Shown here: positions 44,129 through 53,106 of the stretch, piece after piece
How positions within the stretch are numbered: position 1 is the first letter of the stretch
Layout of the letters: each line of letters starts with the position of its first letter
From: Escherichia coli
GTDB lineage: Bacteria > Pseudomonadota > Gammaproteobacteria > Enterobacterales > Enterobacteriaceae
Reading direction: 5' to 3' (one strand)
Assembly: GCF_044324875.1 (NCBI RefSeq)
Contig: NZ_CP172185.1
Length of the DNA: 64,000 nucleotides
Notes under the pieces: generated by a model
What the model saw: only the letters and a program-made list of their open reading frames with translations
Told to the model about the DNA's origin: nothing
The model's database searches: none
Program-made: the position numbers and the translations under genes

Positions 44129-44442
44129 TTGGGGCCATTTTGACTCATAGAGGAAAGCATCGCGCACAAACTTTTTCAGTTTATTTGTTGGCTTAATATT
44201 CTATTGTTATCTTTATTTATAGATTTTTATATTGCATGAGGTGGTTTTTGGAGAGAAGAATGAGGAAGATGCGTCGAGCCACAGAAACGTTAGCTTTACA
44301 TTTGGCGGAGGTGATGTGAAATTAATTTACAAGAGAAATAATTTACATATCAAACAGTTAGATGCTTTTTATCGTTTTTTAATATTTTTATGCTTGAGAA
44401 AAAATACGTAACTTATTTATGATATGGACAGTTTGGCCCCAA
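44129..44442. promoter_or_regulatory. fimS: fimS invertible phase-variation switch (314 bp) bounded by 9-bp inverted repeats
   Basis: TTGGGGCCA at 44129..44137 and its reverse complement TGGCCCCAA at 44434..44442, exactly 314 bp end to end, between fimA and fimE. Confidence 0.9.
44394..44423 (+). promoter_or_regulatory. Sigma70-type promoter inside fimS (TTGAGA-N18-TATGAT) reading out through the fimE-proximal inverted repeat, i.e. away from fimA (switch in OFF orientation)
   Basis: -35 TTGAGA 44394..44399, -10 TATGAT 44418..44423; the only good outward-facing promoter in the element; the fimA-proximal end has only a weak TTGTGC-N14-TATGAG. Confidence 0.5.
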
Positions 44443-44489
44443 TTGTCTTGTATTTATTTGTTTTTTAACTTTATTATCAATAAGTTAAA

Positions 44490-45086
44490 TCAAACCTCTT
44501 CTCTTTTTAATTTTTCGTTTATGAGATTATTTCTTTCCCATAATCCGGCAAAACGAGCAGCATTACTGGCGGTATAACGTACAGTATGGCGAATATTTCG
44601 ATGCCCGAGATAATCCTGAATTAAACGGGTATCGGCACCACGCTCCGCCAGTTCATAACCGCAAGCATGCCTTAACATATGAGGATGAGTCTGCGTTACG
44701 GTTCCAGCTTCAATACCTGCATCGCGAATAATGCGATAGGCCTGCTGGCGAGAAAGCCGACTCCCGCGGCGAGAAATAAATATAGCGTCGGTCCGGTCAG
44801 CGCCTTTCCAGTTAGCACGTTCCTGGGTCCAGCGTTCCACGGCTTCACGCTCATCAAAACGTAACGGGTGAACGGTAGAAAATCCGTTCTTCAGTCGGCG
44901 AATATTTATTCGACCTTCATTAAGGTCAAGATCCTGATAATGCAGATCAAGCAGTTCACTAATACGCATCCCATGCCGATATGCCAACAGAATAAGACAA
45001 TAATCTCTGGCTCCCGTTGCCCCGTAACAAACCGCCTGCATCATGGCCTGAACTTCTTTACCGGTAAGATAACGACGTTTACTCAC
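44490..45086 (-). CDS. fimE: Tyrosine site-specific recombinase (fim switch, ON-to-OFF)
   Basis: 198 aa; integrase-family catalytic residues (R..HxxR..Y) near the C-terminus (HMLRHACGYELAERG...YLGHRNIRHTVRYTAS). Confidence 0.95.
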   Translation of the reverse strand: MSKRRYLTGKEVQAMMQAVCYGATGARDYCLILLAYRHGMRISELLDLHYQDLDLNEGRINIRRLKNGFSTVHPLRFDEREAVERWTQERANWKGADRTDAIFISRRGSRLSRQQAYRIIRDAGIEAGTVTQTHPHMLRHACGYELAERGADTRLIQDYLGHRNIRHTVRYTASNAARFAGLWERNNLINEKLKREEV

Positions 45087-45563
45087 AATAGTAGTACTCC
45101 TGACTGAGATATATTTGAATGAATACCTATAGGAAACCTCAATCGGTCAAAATTAGCCCAATAGATAAAAAGATAACCACACACGAAGTGATGTGGCTAT
45201 CAGTCAATTACATTAAATATCATACAAAAATAAAATATCACTGATGTGACAACATCTATTTTCATTGATTTGATTCAATATAACAATAGATTGCAGAAGA
45301 TTAACTTCCAGTTGCTTAAAAAATAAAGAAAAAAGTGTGGAAACAGGAGAATTTAAGTGATGTGTAAATTTATGAATGATTTTGTTTATTTATTTTGAAG
45401 AACATAAACCATTGGATTTTGTATGGGTATGGTTAACTTAATGTTTATTATGATAATTAAGAATCACACTTACAATAACATCAATTAATAAATGGTTAAT
45501 CATTTTTGATATATCGTAAGAATAATGTAGTTTTTAACACCATCCCTGGTATCTCAACTATCT

Positions 45564-46166
45564 CTATAAAACAGCGTGACGCTGTCGTCCTCTGGCTCTA
45601 TCCCAGATGCCGTAAAAACGCCCTGCATTACTGGCGGTATACCAGACAGTATGACGAATATTGCGATGCCCAAGATAATCCTGGATAAGTCGCGTATCTA
45701 TTCCCATATTCGCCAAAGCAAAACCACACGAATGGCGTAACATGTGCGGATGAATCTCCAGTGACAACCCGGCATTACCACCAGAAGTCGAGATAATATG
45801 GTAAAACTGTTGCCGAGAAAGCGGATTCCCCTTACGTGATAAAAATACCCACTCGCTCTCAGCATGCGGGTACGAAGTACGGATACTCAACCAGTTTTTT
45901 AAAGCCTGAACTTCTTTGTTCAATAGCGGGTGCGTTGTTGAAAAGCCTTTTTTTAATCGATGGATATATATACACTTTGCCTTAAGATCAATATCCGAAA
46001 TCCTCAATCGACAAATTTCACTCGCCCGGAAACCATGAATAAAACAAAGCAAAGTCAGACAATAATTACGTGCTGCATGAGGCCCGGTATTTGCTGCTTT
46101 AAGGAGTGACTCGATTTCACTATGGGTAAGGAAGTTCCTTTTTTTGTTATCAGCCTTATTCTTCAT
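45564..46166 (-). CDS. fimB: Tyrosine site-specific recombinase (fim switch, bidirectional)
   Basis: 200 aa paralogue of fimE (HMLRHSCGFALANMG...YLGHRNIRHTVWYTAS). Confidence 0.95.
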   Translation of the reverse strand: MKNKADNKKRNFLTHSEIESLLKAANTGPHAARNYCLTLLCFIHGFRASEICRLRISDIDLKAKCIYIHRLKKGFSTTHPLLNKEVQALKNWLSIRTSYPHAESEWVFLSRKGNPLSRQQFYHIISTSGGNAGLSLEIHPHMLRHSCGFALANMGIDTRLIQDYLGHRNIRHTVWYTASNAGRFYGIWDRARGRQRHAVL

Positions 46167-47179
46167 CGTTTTCCCTTATAATTACAGACGCGCACTAGCT
46201 GTGCTGGGTTAGCAATAATCCAACATTTTAATCCTGATTATGTTTATAAAAGCGAACGTTTGCTTAATAACTAACGTAAGTGGACCAGTTCTTCTGAGCG
46301 AACTTAAATGGAGTAGCGATAGTTACTTATAATAACTTTGCCATACAAACGCCATGCTCTTGCATGCTATGTACCTTTATATATTTATCAATCTGGTACG
46401 AATCTAATAATAACCCTCATCATTAATGCAACTAATCTTATCTATATATCATGTGATATGTTCTGTAACAAGTAAAATCAACATAAAAAATTCAGCAAAA
46501 TTTAATATTCGTTCAACTAGCCGTCTCACATATGACATTATTAGTCAACTCCACTTGCCACAAAATGGCTATTTCATGGAACGCAGTAATTTCTTAGTGG
46601 CTATTATCAAGCTAATTCTTAGGTCCCTAGCGATTATTCCTGGCTGGTTCGTCAGTTTAGGTCATGAGATTGTTACATTCCTTTTTATCCTGGAGATATG
46701 GGGGAACGCAGGCGACGCTTTTTCATCTACATCCGTTGGTAAATATGGCTTTGGTCACTACGACTTAAACCTTCCTCAATCACAGCTATTCGCCGGGCGA
46801 TACGGCAAACAAACTAAGTGAAACATCATCCTGAAAACGCCAACATCAACAAGCCTCTCCAGATCGACATCAGGAGTGACCAGTTACAAGCCACAAACCA
46901 AGAAACATATTTCATGATGAGAATTATGCTCAGCCTGATGGCGGGTAAACCCTTATTTTCACCAAGCTCACTGAGTTAGCTTGCAAAGCTTCCTTTGTTT
47001 AGATTCTAAATAAATTATTTATAAAACATATAGTTAAAAGAAAATCTTTAGTTTTTGAAGACCACCGCAATTGTTCGTCTGGCTTCACATGGCATCTGCC
47101 TCTTAGAAAAAGATCGACATATTTTGTGACACGAATTGCAAATCTGGTTTTGTTGTATGGATTGCGTGATTTTTGATCT

Positions 47180-47202
47180 GGTATAACAGGTATAAAGGTG
47201 CA
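47180..47202 (+). promoter_or_regulatory. Putative NanR operator (GGTATA hexamer repeats) upstream of nanC
   Basis: GGTATAacaGGTATAaagGTGCAC: two perfect and one degenerate GGTATA unit, the pattern NanR is known to bind; ~430 bp upstream of nanC in the long fimB-nanC regulatory region. Confidence 0.5.
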
Positions 47203-47617
47203 CCACGATAGTCAATGAAACTGGGCATCTCGCAATCTATGGCAAACATCACTTCAGTTCTTTCTCATCGGGTGATGAAAACGCACTTCAGTCTGAAAGG
47301 AATATGAAAATGAGATCAACAGACACTCTATTTTATGACTCTGGGTAAAATGGATTGAGTAAGTGATATAGCTTACGAACATTCAAATCAATTAAACATC
47401 AGAAGAGATTTTATACTCAGGTATTTAATCTGGTTCTCTGTTTATTTAAATAATGTGGAAAGAGAATTTTCACAGGAGACCTTATACAAAAAATATAAAA
47501 TAAGCTACCCGTTGCCAAAGACACTATAAGCCTGGCAAAAAATATTACACAACATAAATGCTAATTGTTTATGCGGGCTTTGTATTGCTTTCTGTATCCT
47601 ACAAATGAGTGAAATTT

Positions 47618-48334
47618 ATGAAAAAGGCTAAAATACTTTCTGGCGTATTATTACTGTGCTTTTCGTCACCATTAATTTCTCAGGCTGCGACACTGGACGT
47701 ACGTGGTGGATATCGTAGCGGAAGCCATGCCTATGAGACTCGACTCAAAGTCAGTGAGGGATGGCAAAATGGATGGTGGGCAAGCATGGAAAGTAATACC
47801 TGGAATACCATTCATGATAATAAAAAGGAAAATGCCGCACTCAATGATGTTCAGGTTGAAGTTAATTACGCGATTAAACTTGATGATCAATGGACGGTGC
47901 GCCCGGGAATGTTAACGCATTTTAGCAGCAACGGCACACGCTACGGACCCTACGTAAAACTGTCCTGGGACGCGACAAAAGATCTTAATTTTGGCATTCG
48001 CTATCGTTACGACTGGAAAGCTTACCGACAACAAGACTTATCCGGTGATATGTCTCGTGATAACGTTCATCGTTGGGATGGATATGTCACTTACCATATT
48101 AATAGTGATTTCACCTTCGCATGGCAAACGACGCTATACAGCAAACAGAATGATTATCGCTATGCAAACCACAAGAAATGGGCGACGGAAAATGCCTTTG
48201 TTCTACAATACCATATGACGCCCGATATTACGCCATACATAGAATATGACTACCTTGACCGCCAGGGTGTTTACAACGGCAGAGATAATTTATCGGAAAA
48301 CAGTTATCGCATTGGTGTGTCATTTAAACTGTAG
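47618..48334 (+). CDS. nanC: N-acetylneuraminic acid outer-membrane channel (KdgM-family porin)
   Basis: 238 aa from MKKAKILSGVLLLCFSSPLISQA; ends with aromatic residue pattern typical of beta-barrels (VSFKL). Confidence 0.9.
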   Translation: MKKAKILSGVLLLCFSSPLISQAATLDVRGGYRSGSHAYETRLKVSEGWQNGWWASMESNTWNTIHDNKKENAALNDVQVEVNYAIKLDDQWTVRPGMLTHFSSNGTRYGPYVKLSWDATKDLNFGIRYRYDWKAYRQQDLSGDMSRDNVHRWDGYVTYHINSDFTFAWQTTLYSKQNDYRYANHKKWATENAFVLQYHMTPDITPYIEYDYLDRQGVYNGRDNLSENSYRIGVSFKL

Positions 48335-48353
48335 TAGACAGGAGACAGTCACA

Positions 48354-49460
48354 ATGAATAAAACAATAACGGCGCTTACTATCATAATGGCTTCATTTGC
48401 CGCAAACGCGTCTGTATTACCGGAAACTCCTGTGCCATTTAAAAGTGGTACTGGAGCAATTGATAACGACACTGTCTACATTGGTTTAGGTAGCGCAGGT
48501 ACGGCATGGTACAAGCTGGATACACAGGCCAAAAATAAAAGCTGGACAGCGTTAGCTGCATTCCCTGGCGGACCGAGAGATCAAGCAACCTCGGCATTTA
48601 TTGATGGCAATCTGTATGTGTTTGGCGGCATTGGCAAAAACAGCGAGGGCTTGACTCAGGTATTTAATGACGTACACAAATACAACCCCAAAACCAATAG
48701 CTGGGTTAAATTGATGTCGCACGCGCCGATGGGCATGGCGGGCCATGTGACTTTTGTACACAACGGCAAGGCTTATGTTACTGGCGGTGTTAACCAGAAT
48801 ATCTTCAATGGCTATTTTGAAGATCTCAACGAGGCAGGAAAAGATTCAACCGCTATAGATAAAATCAACGCCCACTATTTTGACAAAAAAGCAGAAGATT
48901 ATTTCTTCAATAAGTTTCTGTTGTCTTTTGATCCCTCAACACAGCAATGGAGTTACGCTGGCGAATCTCCCTGGTACGGGACGGCTGGTGCGGCGGTTGT
49001 GAATAAGGGTGATAAAACCTGGCTTATTAATGGCGAAGCCAAACCAGGATTGCGAACGGATGCCGTATTTGAACTTGATTTCACCGGTAATAATTTAAAA
49101 TGGAATAAGCTTGCTCCCGTCTCATCACCAGATGGCGTCGCTGGCGGTTTTGCAGGCATGAGCAATGACTCACTGATATTTGCCGGAGGGGCCGGATTCA
49201 AAGGTTCACGGGAAAATTACCAAAACGGTAAGAACTATGCGCATGAAGGCCTGAAAAAATCATATAGCGCTGATATTCATCTTTGGCATAACGGGAAATG
49301 GGATAAATCGGGCGAATTATCGCAAGGTCGGGCCTACGGAGTATCATTGCCCTGGAATAATAGTTTATTAATTATTGGCGGTGAAACTGCAGGCGGCAAA
49401 GCAGTGACGGATTCAGTTTTGATCTCTGTGAAGGATAATAAAGTCACAGTACAAAACTAA
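48354..49460 (+). CDS. nanM: N-acetylneuraminate mutarotase (Kelch-repeat beta-propeller)
   Basis: 368 aa from MNKTITALTIIMASFAANA (track ORF starts earlier at 48246 and overlaps nanC). Confidence 0.9.
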   Translation: MNKTITALTIIMASFAANASVLPETPVPFKSGTGAIDNDTVYIGLGSAGTAWYKLDTQAKNKSWTALAAFPGGPRDQATSAFIDGNLYVFGGIGKNSEGLTQVFNDVHKYNPKTNSWVKLMSHAPMGMAGHVTFVHNGKAYVTGGVNQNIFNGYFEDLNEAGKDSTAIDKINAHYFDKKAEDYFFNKFLLSFDPSTQQWSYAGESPWYGTAGAAVVNKGDKTWLINGEAKPGLRTDAVFELDFTGNNLKWNKLAPVSSPDGVAGGFAGMSNDSLIFAGGAGFKGSRENYQNGKNYAHEGLKKSYSADIHLWHNGKWDKSGELSQGRAYGVSLPWNNSLLIIGGETAGGKAVTDSVLISVKDNKVTVQN

Positions 49461-49524
49461 TGCTTCAGGGCCCCAGTAAAGGGGCCCTGCTATCAATTTA
49501 TCATTTCAATTACGCGAAAATTAT

Positions 49525-50511
49525 ATGAACGCAATAATATCGCCCGATTATTACTATGTTCTTACCGTTGCTGGTCAGTCTAATGCCATGGCGTATGGCG
49601 AAGGACTGCCATTACCGGACAGGGAAGATGCGCCTCATCCCAGAATTAAACAATTAGCGAGATTTGCGCATACGCATCCCGGAGGCCCGTCATGTCACTT
49701 TAACGACATTATTCCACTGACTCACTGCCCACACGATGTTCAGGATATGCAGGGTTATCACCATCCTCTGGCAACGAATCATCAAACACAGTACGGCACC
49801 GTTGGCCAGGCACTGCATATTGCACGGAAATTACTGCCCTTCATTCCTGATAATGCAGGGGTTCTCATCGTTCCATGTTGTCGTGGCGGCTCGGCTTTTA
49901 TCGCAGGCAGCGAAGGGACATATTCAGAACGGCACGGAGCCAGCCATGATGCTTGTCGTTGGGGATCGGATACTCCGCTATACCAGGATTTAGTCAGCAG
50001 AACGCGAGCCGCACTGGCAAAAAATCCGCAGAACAAATTCCTCGGCGTATGCTGGATGCAAGGCGAATTTGACTTAATGACCAGTGACTACTCGTCACAC
50101 CCTCAACACTTTAATCATATGGTTGAAGCCTTTCGTAGGGAGCTAAAACAATACCATTCTCAGCTTAATAATATTACTGACGCACCGTGGTTTTGCGGCG
50201 ATACCACCTGGTACTGGAAAGAAAATTTCCCTCATGCGTATGAAGCGATTTATGGCAATTATCAAAATAATGTTTTAGCCAATATTATTTTCGTCGACTT
50301 CCAGCAACAAGGTGAAAGAGGACTGACGAACGCGCCTGATGAAGATCCGGACGATTTAAGCACGGGATATTACGGTTCAGCGTACCGGTCACCGGAGAAC
50401 TGGACGACGGCACTGCGAAGTAGTCATTTCAGCGCGGCAGCCCGTCGGGGAATTATTTCTGACAGGTTTGTAGAAGCAATTTTGCGTTTGTCACATTTTC
50501 ACAAAGAATAG
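49525..50511 (+). CDS. nanS: 9-O-acetyl-N-acetylneuraminate esterase (SGNH hydrolase)
   Basis: 328 aa; N-terminal VLTVAGQSNAMAYG esterase motif. Confidence 0.9.
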   Translation: MNAIISPDYYYVLTVAGQSNAMAYGEGLPLPDREDAPHPRIKQLARFAHTHPGGPSCHFNDIIPLTHCPHDVQDMQGYHHPLATNHQTQYGTVGQALHIARKLLPFIPDNAGVLIVPCCRGGSAFIAGSEGTYSERHGASHDACRWGSDTPLYQDLVSRTRAALAKNPQNKFLGVCWMQGEFDLMTSDYSSHPQHFNHMVEAFRRELKQYHSQLNNITDAPWFCGDTTWYWKENFPHAYEAIYGNYQNNVLANIIFVDFQQQGERGLTNAPDEDPDDLSTGYYGSAYRSPENWTTALRSSHFSAAARRGIISDRFVEAILRLSHFHKE

Positions 50512-50579
50512 TACACGCTATTCCTTGTGCAATCAGGCCAACTCGCAATAAAGGCAGCAACTATGCTTGAAGCCCCTTC

Positions 50580-51255
50580 CCCGCCGGATAAATAATATCC
50601 TTACGGCAATTGGTAACCGTATAAAAGGCCTGATGTTTTGAACTGCCGTTGACGGAGATGAAGTAATCTGCTTTTTTGGCAGCATCCAATAACGCATCAA
50701 TGGCAACGCGATCATTGTTGAGCTCAATTCATAGCGCCGGATACAATTTCAATAAGGCGTCTTTACCACGTTGCGTGGCATTTTTGTAATACTGTAAAAC
50801 ACCCGCTTTTTCCCGCGGAGATTCCGATACAACGGAGACGTTACGCTTGCTGGTATGGTTTCTGTCGGGAGGGTACTACCGATATCCTTACAAGCGTAGA
50901 GCTGTTCCATCATGCGTGCCAACAACAACATACGGATATCCAACCGTTCCCAGCGACGTAGGAACATCTCGCGAATGTTAATCCAGTACTGTAGTCGGCG
51001 ATCGCTATCACCAGATTCACAATCATAAAGAACCTCTGCAATATCAATAGTATACTTGAGAATTTGTTTCGATTCATTTTTCGTGCACAACATTTCGATA
51101 GCTTCGAGGGCATCATGGTATTCTTTGTGACTGAAGGTCCATGAAAGTAACGTATCGAGAATAATCCCTGTAGTTGCCAAAATGAGTTGATAACTACACA
51201 ATGATTTGTTTGTACAGAAGGAACGATTATTATATGGTCTTGTAGGGCAGAGCAC
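50580..51255 (-). pseudogene. Degraded gene of unknown function (at least two frameshifts)
   Basis: Minus-strand coding signal continues in three different frames: 51255..50749 (168 aa), ~50790..50745 (RGKDALLKLYPAL) and 50735..50580 (ELNNDRVAIDALLDAAKKADYFISVNGSSKHQAFYTVTNCRKDIIYPAGKGLQA). Confidence 0.4.
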
Positions 51256-51372
51256 GTTGCTACCGTAACAGCGTTGAAGATAATTTGGTCGAGACTGTAG
51301 TGGACCAGTTTAAAATGTAGCAGAATTTTAAAAGTGTCAGGTGCATAGAATTAAAAAAATGGAACTATAAAA

Positions 51373-53106
51373 ATGGAAATCATGTTACCAAAAAACACCT
51401 TATATGATAGAGAGCAAAATATCTTTTTTGAAAAGGTTACGGCCTTAATTGGAGAAAATGGTGCTGGTAAATCCTCGATTTTACAATCCGTATTTATTAA
51501 CTGTTTAACAAAAAAATATCTACCAGAAACAAAGGTTGTTTGTTTTTCTTCTGGACAAAATGAGAAATACTCAACGTACTTCTCTGATTATCTTTCTCAT
51601 GAAAGGCAAGCAAATAGAGGTCTTAGCTTAGATTGTTGTTATTACGATAAATCATGGTCAAAGTTACTAATATTCATATCCACAATTTGTAAATCAAATG
51701 GTCTTGTTAGAAATTTTTTATGTGAGAAAGGCTATATTGATGTATCAGATGATAAAAATGATGATATATCAAGCAAGCTTACATTGACGGTCCGAGTAAA
51801 TTCGGCTTACGTTAATCGAGTAAAAATGGCATTAGCACAAGAAGAACAAGGTATTGAAAATACTTTAAGGTATTCAGCTTATCATAGGACTTTAGAAAGT
51901 TTCATTAATAATATTGTTAATGCTGATTATGATTTCGAGTCTCCACTTGAAGCTCAAGAGATCTTGCTAACTCATTCAAATTTTTTCAATCCATCATTTG
52001 AGGAAGGAGAAGATTCCTTTTTTGATCCTATCATAACATTTTTCACTCAAGCAGCAGATAATGATTACTTTATAATAAAACCATCATTACAGCTAGAGTT
52101 TAAAAATAATATCGAACTGAATGATATTAGTGATGGGGAATATCAAGTACTCTTTTTATACTCTTTGCTTGATATTTTTGATAGTCCTAATACTTTATTC
52201 TTATTAGATGAGATAGATTCCCATTTACATTACAAGAATATTGAGCTCTTATGGCATCGACTACATAGTATTAATGGTTATGCGATAACAACCACCCATC
52301 TATTAGACTCAATTACAGCTACTGATAATGATTTTAAAAACTTAAAGATTGTTGATAAAGGAAAAATAAAAGAAGATGATAAAATAAAAACTATAATAGA
52401 ACGTTTATCTGTCTTGACAAGAATATCAGACGTACAGTTCGAAGTGTGTCGTAAACTAGAAAACATTGTATTGATGGATGATTATAATGATTGGACTATT
52501 TTTTATGCCTTAGCAAAGAAAAAAGGACTTGATGTATCAAAGTTAGATGGCCTCCATGCAATAAAACAGTCCTCTGGTTACGATAATTTAAATCAAGAGT
52601 TCGCAAAACCAAAAATAGAGTGGATTAATTCGCTTTTAAATGTAAATACTGATAAAAAAGTCAAAAAAATATTCATGATCTGCGACAAAGATGAGGCTCC
52701 AATTACCTATCAGAAAGATGGAGTTCAAGTCAATGGAAGTGAATGTTCAAAACATATAGCGAAGTTAGAAAATAAAAACAAAAATAAAATATATCTCCTT
52801 GTCTGGAAAAGAAGAGAAATAAAAAACTACTTATTATCTTATACGGCATTGTCTCATCATGGATTTATCGGGCAAATAAACAATGGTGATCTGCCGGCTA
52901 ACAGTTATTTAAAAGAAAACGATCCTGGAGATAATTCAGCAATTAGCCGGCTTAACGTAAAACATTGCATCACAAAAATAATTGATTCTGATGGTATAGG
53001 ATTAGATATATCAAAACTTTACTCATATATAGAACTTATACCACCTGCTGAGATCAGTGAAGATATAGTGAATATGTACAATTTTTTGGTGGAGAAATTA
53101 AAATGA
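51373..53106 (+). CDS. ABC-type (SMC/RecF/OLD-like) ATPase with C-terminal Toprim/DUF4435-like putative nuclease domain
   Basis: 577 aa; Walker A GENGAGKSS, signature-like SDGEYQ, Walker B LFLLDEIDSHLH, H-loop TTTH; C-terminal acidic motifs (VLMDDYND, ICDKDE, KRREIKNYLL) resembling OLD/DUF4435 Toprim; very AT-rich; stop overlaps start of next gene (ATGA). Confidence 0.75.
   Translation: MEIMLPKNTLYDREQNIFFEKVTALIGENGAGKSSILQSVFINCLTKKYLPETKVVCFSSGQNEKYSTYFSDYLSHERQANRGLSLDCCYYDKSWSKLLIFISTICKSNGLVRNFLCEKGYIDVSDDKNDDISSKLTLTVRVNSAYVNRVKMALAQEEQGIENTLRYSAYHRTLESFINNIVNADYDFESPLEAQEILLTHSNFFNPSFEEGEDSFFDPIITFFTQAADNDYFIIKPSLQLEFKNNIELNDISDGEYQVLFLYSLLDIFDSPNTLFLLDEIDSHLHYKNIELLWHRLHSINGYAITTTHLLDSITATDNDFKNLKIVDKGKIKEDDKIKTIIERLSVLTRISDVQFEVCRKLENIVLMDDYNDWTIFYALAKKKGLDVSKLDGLHAIKQSSGYDNLNQEFAKPKIEWINSLLNVNTDKKVKKIFMICDKDEAPITYQKDGVQVNGSECSKHIAKLENKNKNKIYLLVWKRREIKNYLLSYTALSHHGFIGQINNGDLPANSYLKENDPGDNSAISRLNVKHCITKIIDSDGIGLDISKLYSYIELIPPAEISEDIVNMYNFLVEKLK

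Noticed and set aside
46279-46290. 12-mer agtggaccagtt repeated at 46279 and 51299, upstream of fimB and of the ATPase gene
   Set aside because: Exact matches of this length are expected many times by chance in 64 kb on two strands; flanking sequence does not extend the match.
46426-46821. 131-aa ORF on + strand in the fimB-nanC intergenic region
   Set aside because: Lies in the long AT-rich regulatory region upstream of fimB; no RBS; low-complexity product; most likely a chance ORF.
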